Source: Lytechinus pictus (lineage: Eukaryota). From it: 64,000 bases of DNA. Both the position numbers and the translations under genes were made by a program. Shown one piece after another: positions 11,101-23,100 of the stretch (positions within the stretch are counted from its first letter, which is position 1; each line of letters begins with the position of its first letter). The stretch lies in contig NC_087246.1 in NCBI RefSeq assembly GCF_037042905.1, positions 5,582,001-5,646,000 on the forward strand, given 5' to 3'. A model generated the notes under the pieces. The model was not told the DNA's origin, ran no database searches, and saw nothing but the letters and a program-made list of their open reading frames with translations.

Positions 11101-14100
11101 ATCTTATAATAACAATATTAATGATAATGTTAATTCTAAAATAGGACGACGAAGAAGACTATGATTATAATTGTTATGATGATGATGATTATTATCATCA
11201 TCATCATCATCATCATCATTGCTGTGACATTGTTATTCTTTATATGTGTATTACATGATTGTGCGTGCTGTAGAAAATATTTGTTACGAATGCATGATTA
11301 TTTCTTGTAAACATAGGCCCTACATTCATTATCAGGCTCATGATATGTTTAATAATTATTATTTCATGCAACTATCGCGATCTTTATGAAATTCATCCTG
11401 TTTCTATTTTCTTTTCAGATGATTGCTGATCGTTTGGGTCTTGATGTATCGTGCACAGACTCACTTTGGAAGGATAGGACACTGGTTGAAATGAATGTAG
11501 CAGTTCTTCACAGCTTTCAGGTTAACTACCTATTATTTCAAAACCAAATTATCTCTAATTATATTTGATTTTGTCACAAGGGCCGCGGAACGGTTTTCAA
11601 AGTGTAAGGGCTGAGCCAAAAGTGGGGGGGGGGGGGCTGACCATGCAAAAAATCGCAATCATATGGTCATTTTTACGTTTTTGTACATGGTTTTGGAAAA
11701 AAGTGGGGGGCTGGTGCCCCCAGGCCCCCCCCCCCCCCCCGCTTCCGCGGCCCCTGTGTCAAACAGAGATGATATGCCTATTTCGATGCTATTTTTCCTG
11801 TCCTCTTTTCCTCTTTTTTCCCATGCCCGCATAAACACACAGCATGGGCTGCAATCAAGGGGGTTTATATATAGGAAATTTGAATTTGTTAAAACAACTA
11901 TTGCAGAAACACCAACTCTCCCGCTTTCGGCGGGGGATCTCCCGCCGAAAGCCATTTTCCCAAAATCTCCCGTTCTCCCGCTTGAGATTTAAAATCTCCC
12001 ACCCAGGCTCTGTGTCTCCGCTTAAGATGCTTTTCTTCCCCTTAAAATGATTTTTCTTCCCCTTAAAATGATTTTTCTTCCGCCCAAACACTTAAAAAAA
12101 ACCCTGAAATTAAATTTTCATATCCAAGCCGATTTCAAGGTAAGTAGAGCGTAAAGCTGTGCGCAATCCTCCTCCTAGGCCCTCCTATACGTTGCATATA
12201 CCAAAGGATTGATAACATGACATGACATGACATGAATTGATGACTATACATCATTAGAATGAAAAAAAATGAGGAAATTCCTTCAATTTGGTTTCTAGGA
12301 ATACCGTGTGAAATAAGAGAAATCAGTTAAATTGCTGAGAACCAACTTAAAGCAATCTTACTCCAGAGATCATCATCAGGGGCCCGTTTTATAAAGGACT
12401 TGCAACTGTTGTAACTTTGCCATTGTCATGATTATGGCCACTACCATCATGACTATGGAAACTTTGATTATGATTGGCTGATGACTTGATGAGCCATGTT
12501 ACCATGGTAGTTGCCATTTTGGCAAAGTTACGTGTAAGTCCTTAAAAAAACAGACCCCAGATGAGACAATATGGATATGGAAATGTCAAATTAAGGTGAG
12601 GTAGTATTTAATATGTCTTTACTGGTTGATACGAATAAAGATATTGCAAAAATGTATGGTTTTGTAGATGCTTATAAATTTCATATGCATGCATGAATAA
12701 TGGTATATGAAAATAATTTTTTATAAAACCAAAATGTATAATTTGATTCATTAAATTGTTATTTACTTAGAGCCATCATATATTGAAAAAATTAGGGTGA
12801 GGTAGTATTTAATATGTCTTTACTGGTTGATACGAATAAAGATATTGCAAAAATGTATGGTTTTGTAGATGCTTATAAATTTCATATGCATGCATGAATA
12901 ATGGTATATGAAACTAATTTTTTATAAAACCAAAATGTATAATTTGATTCATTAAATTGTTATTTACTTAGAGCCATCATATATTGAAAAAATTAGCCTG
13001 AGATACCACGAAGAGCATCTAAGACCCTAGAGCTTCTAAGGCCTTTAAGCGGGCCCTACATCCCTGGGTGTCACCCCGGCCGCAAGGGACTTCGCGTTCG
13101 TGATTTGCGCTTCGCGCAAATCAAGTTGGAATCTCCAGTTTGCTTGGGGTTCCAGCCGGGAGAATCTCCAGATCAGAAGGTGCTTGGGGTTGGAGTCTCT
13201 GATATTGGGAGATGGTCGCCCTGTCCCTCCCGAAGGTGACAAGAAAATTCAAAGAAAGCGGCACGACTGCACCCAAAGGTCCCTCTCCTCCATCCTCCTA
13301 TGTCCCCAATCTATCTTTCTTCTCTCTCTCTCCCTTCAGAGTTCATTAATTAAATCCCCTTTCTCTTTTATCATCCAGCAATATGGCGTTACGATCATGG
13401 ATCATCACACATCATCAATGGAGTTTATGAATTTTTTTGCTTCCGAACACGAGGTTAGGCAAGGTTGTCCAACGGACTGGAGAGCCGTGGTTTCCCCGCT
13501 GACCGCCAGCGTGACTTCGCTCTTTCATCAAGAAACACTCAACTATCAGCTGATGCCAACCTTCACTGTTCAGGTAATATAAGAAGACAAAAATTATAAT
13601 AGCAACGATGATTATGATGATGATGTGTGGTCGGGGGGGGGGGGGGTAATTATGATGCTGACAACGACGGTGATGATGGAGATACATCCTATAACAAACA
13701 AAAACATTAACGATTAACCATATTAATTAATTAATTGGTAAATTAATGAATGCATACAAAAATAGATAAATAAATCAATTAATTGATAGACGAATATATC
13801 TATCTTAAAACTAACAAAATAATGCTGATGATAATGCTTTGAACAATGAAGTTTTTATCATTCATTCGAATTTTCGACGGTCCACCTCCGTCTTCTTCAG
13901 GAGTTTACACTGTAAACTCCTGAAGAAGACGGAGGACCGTCGAAAATTTGAGTGAATAATAAAAAACTTCATTGGCAATCTAAGCATTATCATCAGCATT
14001 ATTTTGTTACATTACTGAAGCCAATACGTGAAACTTTAAGATATCTTAAAACCATGTAGTTTTAAAGGTATAAGTGTCTTGATGGAATTTGCTTTCAAAC

Positions 14101-17100
14101 TTGTAAAAAATGTCTATTTCTCAGTCCGATTGTTGATCCCATCATTGTGTTCCTATTTAGGAAAACCCGTGGAATAAAGCAGAATGGAAATCTAAGTTAT
14201 CATCTGGAAAGCTAAGCATAGATAGAATTCGTTCACCGGGAGCAGAGTGAGTAAATGTTCCTGACAAACTTAGAAGCATTGAATCTCATCCATAAATTAT
14301 TTTATTAGTAAATCATACAAAGAAGTCGAGTGAAAATTTAATTAAAATCGCTTTAGTAAAAGGTAAGGTAGTTTTACGACGTTTAAATTGTTCTCAATCA
14401 ATGCTACGCAAAACAAGGGCTGTATTTAAATACATAATCCTTCGAGTTTATTTTTTCTGCTCCAAGAAGGAACAACAAAGCTCCTGATCTAAGATCATCA
14501 TTATTGAAATTTGGTGTGAAAATATTTGTATAGGCCATTTCGATTAGTTTGTATATAGCTTTTTATTTCAGAATTGACATTTATTTATTTATTCATTCGT
14601 GTATTTGTGTATTTATCCATCGATTTATCTATTTAAATATAAGTCTACTTTTAGTAGGGTGGCTCAACCAGTAATAATAAGTGTTCCATATTGGAATAGT
14701 TTAATCACACTCAGATTGACGGTTGTGTTAAAAAGGACTTGGAGAATTGCATGCAAATAAGTTATTTATAGTTAAGATCATGTATTTTAGTATTGATAAA
14801 TGCATTTTTATACCAATTTGTCGGTAGAATTTGTTTTCTCCCCTTTTCTACAGTATTTTGTAATCACTTGGATTTAGTTTGATTAAATTAAACCTATTTT
14901 TTTTTACTTTATAATTACGTTAATACAGTTATTAATCTATACGCGCCTATATATCATTTTTTTATCATTTCATCATGATTATTTTTCTGTGAATTGTATT
15001 TAAAGTCAATGCTTATTGTTTTGTATATCTTTTTTTCCCAGTCCATCACGGTTTTCATCACGCATTTTACGTCGGGCCCTCTCTGGCACATTCAAGGCTA
15101 CTGTACTCTATGGTGGGTTCAGCAAATCCGAATACTATGCGAAGAAAGTGTACGAAACATTTCGAAAGGCCTTCGACATTCGTCTGCTTCGCATGGATGA
15201 ATATGACGTCATGAATCTGGAGCACGAGAATCTTTTGTTGGTTGTAACAAGCACGCATGGCAACGGGGAACCGCCTAGCAACGGACAGGTACATTTCAAG
15301 TAGACATTTAGAACAGCCAGGAATTTGGTAATGTATTTGTATAACTTCATTTCATTAAGTTTCTTTTCAACAAAAGACAAATCGGGTAGATACAGTAGGG
15401 TAAAAATAACGGTTAAGTGTTGATTATTTAATTGAATTTTGGTATAAAAAACATTGTACAAATCTGATAATAATAACTATAATTATTTTGACACCGGCGA
15501 CGACAGTGCTGAAAGGTCCTGATAGGTTTGAAAAGGTAAATGGTTAAATCAACCGAGAAGCGGGCCTATCTTTCATTTTGCCTTTTTTTTTTTCAATTTA
15601 TTCATCGATAGTATTTCATGAATTTTCTCGGTGACCAAGGGCTCAATCTTGGGTTTATTTTCATTTCAAATTATAGGGTTTACAAAACCGACATTTCTAT
15701 TAAATATAGTTGCCTAAATCGATGTATTAATGTCTTATTTGAACTTCAAAAGTTCATTTGTAAAAGTGGAAATACAGGTATCTGAGCAGTTTAGCTGCAT
15801 GTAGAACTACAGCTGTACAGCGACCATGGTGACGGGGGCAGATCGCCCCTGTGATCATGGTGACCATTATTCTTATTTCTTCAAGATGAATTAAAAAAGA
15901 CTGACGGAAACAAAATATGAAATATAATGTAATTTTTCATGTAAAACATTATAGGTATGTACAAAAAACACATTTTCATGGGTTTGTTATTAAAAAATCC
16001 CTCTTTCAAAAACAGCCTCTACATATTAGTTATTAAATTTACATATGGCACTAAAATATGTTTCGATATTATGAGCTTTGATTTTCTTTCTAACTTTCAG
16101 TAAAAATTGAATCGTAACGACTTCCATTATATTTGTTGTTTGAAAAAAGAACTCAAGAGACGAGGCATAGGCAACATGAGTGTATAGGTCCAATAAATGT
16201 ATCTTTGATTTTGTGATGTTTCTCTCTTTTAATGATAGGACTTCTGTCGCTATCTGATGGAAATGTCAGAAAATAACAACAATGTATCGTCCATTCCTCA
16301 GTAAGTACTAGTTTATCGGTTATCATTCTAAAGGGAAAACAAACTAGATGCAGGGAAGAAAAGATGAATGCGGGAAATATTTATCAAATGAGTTTATGAA
16401 ATTAAACTATTTAGCGGACGATGAAGACACTATTATTTTCACTTCGGTAAATCCCCTTCATCTCCCCCTCATCGACTTCAAAAGGAAGACTCATTAGAGT
16501 CATGTTATTAACAATGAGAGGGGGAATGAATCATAAATACAAAATGATACAGAAAGTCATCGGTATAAGAGCCATAACCTTTTTATATCGTTTTATTAGA
16601 TCACCGGTTTCTCCACGATGTGAGAAGTTTTGCGATGGGAACCCTCTAACCGAAGCGACTAGTGAAGGAGGGTTTAAGCTAAGAGGAAGTGGAATTCTAG
16701 GGAGTCTCAGGTAAGGGAACTCTTCGAACCATAGTAATTGTCTTTATTGCCACGTAAAAATGGATCCTAATAGATATTGATATGATAGTTTATGTAAATG
16801 ATAGCATCAGTGTTTTAGATCAATACCTCATTGAACTTTATTGGATGGGGGTTTACTACCGGCCATTTATACCTCTGCCATTATTATATTACCTCTGCAA
16901 TTTTTACCTCTGCCATTATTACCTCTGCCAGTTTTACCTCTGCCATTTTTACTCCGAATCCTGGAGATTACATGGAGGCCATGCGGTGGCATCTTGGTGG
17001 CATAATTCGTTTACCCATTGATTATCCCCATGTCTACCCACAATTATAGATAATTGCATTCTCCCTACATCATCCCGGTGATCATACGATGGGGTTAAGA

Positions 17101-20100
17101 GTTTGTATACTCACACTAAACAAATAATACAGGTTAAACGACGCCCATAGGGAAAGTGAAATAGTAGATAATCGAACAGCCCGAATTGTAGTTGTCATAG
17201 AATTGTACTTGTGACGAATGTACGAGCGTCGTAAGTTTAGCGTTGGGCGATATGACCGATCACGGATAAGAATATCAATGAATTCATCAATCATAATTTT
17301 CTCGATTTTGCCCCTTTCCTTTCTTTTATTGATTATGTATAATAATCACCGTCATTATTATCACTGCCCCTCTCTAATTACGGAAATTACCATCATTATT
17401 ACCTTCAGCTATGGAGTGTTTGGGTTAGGATCGAGTATCTACCCATATTTCTGTGCCTTTGCCCGCGGTGTGGATCTGATGTTTGACTCGCTAGGAGGAG
17501 ATCGACTCGTCGACATGGGATGGGGTGATGAGATGGGAGGACTAGATGAAACCTTCGATGGATGGCTCATTAAAACTTTCATGGTAGGTCATCATTTCGA
17601 ATGTTAAGTTTTCCTAATTTGTCTTTCTCTCTGTATGTTAGTTCATATGGTTTCCTGTTGCAGATGCTAAATTTGACACCTTTGGTGACAACCTTTTTTG
17701 ATTGGCTATCGATCTCGTCTTGTACCATACTAACTGCCAATGATGAAGAAATTTGCGTTATTGCAAGTTTTGTATAAAATTAATTAGAGGTGTAATATTT
17801 TTTATTAATCTTGTTACTGTGCAAATGAACAAACCCATTGCGCTTATCGTAAAATATATCAATCTTAGATTTTGTTAATCTAGAAGCTACTTCGTCATTT
17901 AAAAAAACATTAATTCAGGAAATTTGTTTTATTATTTAATATGCACGAATATTAATATATTTATTTTCTGTTGTTTTATTAACAATTAAATTCGTTTCCG
18001 AAAAATGACAAGATATTTATACAAGACTTGCTGCAAACCTACTTGATGTCCCAATCTTGATAAACCCAAGATTTTTTATTTAGATTGAATTAATATGTAT
18101 TCATTTATCCCGTTTTTGTATATTTAACCATGACCATGTGTATAAATTTGTTTGGTTGTTTTATGCATATAGGCTCCTATTGATTCAAGCATTTTGTTGA
18201 AAGGGCACCCTAATGAAATATTGTTGACATAAATAAGTGAAATAAATATATTTAGTACCAGGACGATTTACCAATTTAGCTCTGGAAATAATCCTGCCCT
18301 TACAGGCCGCATGTGAGAAGTTTCATATTGGAGACAGTGCCTCTGGAATAACACCGAACCTTGCTACGGTCGCACCTGGCACAGACTGGGCGGCGTCCAA
18401 ATTCAGGATCTACGCAGCAGGAATAGATGTTAAGTCTAGTGCTCCTGTACCTGATCTATGTGATGCTCTGAGTCACCTTCATGACCGGAAGGTCTACCCT
18501 TGTAACATCATCTCAAGGAAGAGTCTTCTACCACCGGAATCCAGGTTGGCTCTCTCGAAATTGATTGCTGTTGATTTTTAATTTTAGAAATAATATTGCA
18601 ATTATCTTATTATATTTTCATTAGTTTGCAATCACTTAGTTTACACTTTACAATCCTACACTCTAAAAAATGAAGTGCTAATTTAGCACCAAAGGTCCTT
18701 GCATAGTGACTGCACTTTGAGTGCTGATTTTCTAGTTCAAATTTGAATGAATAAATCAGCACTCAAAGGGCAAATACACTTCATTTTTAGACTGTATAGT
18801 CATGTTCTCTCAAGTTGAATATTGTTTCCTTTCACATAGCTTAAAAGGAATTAGTTTAATTGCTTAACATACTTTATTTGGGTTTTTATTTAAAGTTTGT
18901 TATGTTTTTTAATAAATCTATTTAACATGCACACGCACCCAATTTGTATACAATGTCAGACTTAAACGAAAATGTTACACACCAAAAAGCAACACTGGTA
19001 ACACCTTATTGAGTGCAAAATATACTTTCTTTTTCCAATGAGTGCTTTGATTTTTGCATTCAAAATATTCAAAAGATGACATGTACATTCACTATAAAAA
19101 TGAAAACTCTGCACCATAAAAGGGCGTAAAAAGTAGCTGTAAGAATGTATGTTCAAAAAGATTCTTGAGGTGCACAATTACACCTTTCACAGAGTTGCGT
19201 TCAGTCGGTGCGCAAATTGCACCTTTATTGTTAAGTTTGTACATAATGATAATTGCAATTAACTTGTTCCTTCTTTGTTTTCCAAGTCGTTCAACTATCC
19301 TAGTCCGCCTCAATACCAACGGGGAAAAGGAGATGGCGTACCAACCCGGTGATCACGTGGCTTTCTTCCCATCCAATGAAAGCGCAGTAGTCACTCGTGT
19401 GCTCAAGCGACTCGACTACCAAAAATCTCCCGATGCAATATTCAAGTTGGAAAAGCTTGAGCCGCGGGAGACACAACTCGGTATGTAAAGGTTCTGTTCT
19501 TCTTTAGAATGATGAACGAAATCTAGCTCTTGATTAATATACTGAGTTGAGTGTAGGAAAAGGAGTTTATAACGTGGAACTGGAATGGGTTTCAGACAAA
19601 ACAAAATGTATAATTTTGTCAACATGGTCAATGGTTGAATGGGGGATTCTAGTGGTCTATAATCATGCTAAGAAAAATAATTTAGGTCGACATGGATATC
19701 GTGCATTTGATTACTTTGATGGAATAGATCTACAACATGATCATATAATATATAGATAGAATGAATACAAAAAATTATCATTCATTTTACTATACTTCAA
19801 TATTGTCACGAATTTGCATTACAACTATCTTTAATCGGGATTATCAAAAACGAAAACATCAACAACAATAATAATGATAGGTAAAAAGATGTTTTCATTG
19901 ACCTAATCTGTAGATAATTCAACTATCTGAGCCCCTAAGGTGACGTGACAGTTTTCCCTACCTTAGGAAGAAGAAAATGCGTCACTTTATTGAGGCTCCA
20001 ATATCTTATTATAACCTGGTTCATCAAAATATTTTATAATTTACTCGGAATCGTTCATTTCATTATCCCTTTTCTGCACAATCATAGGTACGTTAAAAGT

Positions 20101-23100
20101 TTGGACAACTGTTTCTCGTTTACCTACTTGCTCAATGCGGACCGCTCTGGAGCGCTTTCTGGACCTCACCACTCCCCCAACACCAGACTTCCTCCGCCTT
20201 CTAGCAACTAGGGCTACAGACCCGAGAGATAAAGAGAAGCTTGGTATACTTGGTATGGTAGGTATAAAAATGAAATTGAATGATTTTACAATCCGTTTTC
20301 CATCTTTGAAACATAAAGCATCATTAATATCCGGACTATTTTTAGATATCGATCTTGTCATTTGCATCATGACTGTTATATTTTTGGATCCCAAAAAAAA
20401 AAAAAAAAAAATTAAGCAATCTCCTTGAACTTTGAACACGTAAACCAACAATAAGTCGCCCAAATTGAATTTAAAGATTTGTATTGAGCTTAAAAAGCAC
20501 ATGCTGACCTTCAAAATGATATATAACTTGTCAAGACATATCACCAATAACCTACCGAAGTATGTAATTGAATGTAGAAGAAACTCATTGAGAGCTTTTA
20601 AAAAATGGTAGAAAACAAGCATGACCAGATTTGAAGTCCCGAGTTCACTCAGGCATGAGATGTGGACACTGGAAAATCTAGTGCAATCACGGTAAAACTT
20701 CCAAGCAGTCCACAAAAATGGAGTCAAAGAAACTCTCGTACCTCGCCTTTTATTCAACTCCAAATCTTAACAGTGTAAAGAGGAATTATATACTCTTTCA
20801 GATAAGCAAATTTTCTGATTTTTAAATGTTGAAAACAAGTTTATATTTTTTGCTATTAACAGAGAACCTTCCCTGGCGACTTATTGGTGATTTTGGGTGG
20901 GTTGGTCACATATTCGATGTACCACCACTAAACACATTCTATTCAAGAACTAAATCACACTACGTATGCACCTTACATAATTGGTCACAACAATTATTTT
21001 AAGAAACCATGAGAGATAATCAAATTCATTCCCTCTTTATCATGTTTATCTTATAACCTAAAGGGAATTTGCACATCGCAGAAAGTAATGTTAATAGTAT
21101 TCAAACACTCGTAAAACAGTTGGGCAAACGATGCCCAACTTTTAACCAATCACACAACTATTAGTTAAAATCTGTCCAAATTTGGTAATAAAAACTAATA
21201 ATTGGGTAAAAAATTTGCTAAAGTGGATAATAAATACCCAGAATATATATATATTTCTTACCAACATATATTTCCTAACACAGTGGACAGTATATTGCCC
21301 AACATTTTAAATGCGCATGATACATCTAGGTATGTTGATTTCGATCCACAGCTGTTGTACTAACGTGTTATTGGTATATCTGTAAATCAATTATTCTTTC
21401 CATAATGATCAACCCCGAATGTGATTCCCTCTTACCTTTACTTTTCCGTACCTTTGTTCATTAATGTTCATTAATGGGATTAATGTTTATGAAATTTTGC
21501 CCCTCCTGACACCAGGGATCCAATGAATACGAAGAGTGGAAGTGGGAGAACTGGCCCAACATGGCAGAGGTGCTAGAAGGATATCCCTCTCTCAAGGTTC
21601 CAGCATCGCTTCTACTCACCGAGCTACCTCTTCTACAGCCAAGATATTACTCCATCAGCTCCAGTCCAAAGCAGTACCCTAACGAGATCCATGCTACAGT
21701 AGCAGTGGTCTCGTATCATCCTAACGGTTTGTAGTATATACAATTAGTAAAGTAGTCTGTTCACATTAGGAATAAAGAGTACGCCCCAAATGCAACAAAA
21801 AATGTATGTGAACAACATCACAACCGACATGAATTATGGCTACAAACTACGCATGTTAAATACCTTTTCTACCGTGCAGCTTCAAATACAGTTATGAATA
21901 CTTAAGAAATGTTTGTATTTGAAAAAGGTAAGACGTTTGCTTTTCATAAAATGAAATTTTGAAAATTGTTTGTGTACACTTAAACGGGTTTACCGACAAA
22001 GGCCTACATTATGTGTTTATTTGATAATTACGAATTCTTTGTTATCCGTATGGTAACAAGGAGGCGATCCCTGCAAGGTTAAATCGTGTTTTCATCGCAG
22101 TAGCAAATGTAGTACAGATACATTGAATTCAGAGTTTCTCAGATTTCAAATATCCTTTGATATATATATATCTTTTTTATCTGCCAGGAGGCCGAGGCCC
22201 AGTACATTATGGAACATGCTCTTCTTGGCTATATCGAGTGTGGAAGGATGATGTCATACCAGCCTTCGTGAGCTCGTAAGCAACATTCAGTTATCAGCCA
22301 GTCACATTAGTTTGACAATATAAATCATGCTATAGAGCTCTAACCTCAGCAGCAATATCTGTCAGGAAATGTGCGATAAATGGAATAATCATCAAAGTAT
22401 GAGTATTAACATGACTGATTTATTACCTTAATATTTTCTTTACAACGGTAAAGAAAGGAAAAGGTGCCAAAATATATTGCCTAAGCCATCTTCTGTTTTA
22501 CTGAATGCTGATACTCGAAAATCCTTTTTAAAACATCAATGCTATATCATATGCGATTGTCAAGATCAAAAGAACATATCATTTGTATTCTTCTGTCGTT
22601 TTCAGAATGCTACATAACTGATCAATGAAAATCTGCATTATATAATACCGATAATAACAATATCTATTTTGGATCTGTTCTGCTAGAACCCCATACTTCC
22701 ATCTTCCTGCGGACAAGTCTGCTCCAGTCATCTTGGTAGGACCTGGGTCTGGTATCGCTCCCTTCAGGTCCTTCTGGCAGGATAGACAGGCTGACTTGCG
22801 TCACCTTGCCTCGTTTAAGAGAGAGCTTGCCAACAACAATAATACCGAAGAAACGGACGTGAAGGATCGCCGCGGTGAAGGAGATGGTTTGGACACCTTC
22901 GGGGATATAACCCTGGTGTACGGATCCAGAAATGCCAAAGAAGACTTGTACAAAGGAGAGACGTCAGTGGCTAAAGATGAGGGCGCCCTTACTGCTGTCA
23001 TGACAGGGTATTCTCGGGATCCTGGCAAGCCTCGAGTATGTGAACACTATCTATACCATTTTGACGAAAGGTGTTTTCTCATTGTGGTTTAAAAGTACCG

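Noticed and set aside
20041..20763. 240-aa antisense ORF over NOS exon 17
   Set aside because: No recognisable domain and AT-rich intronic composition; probably a chance ORF.
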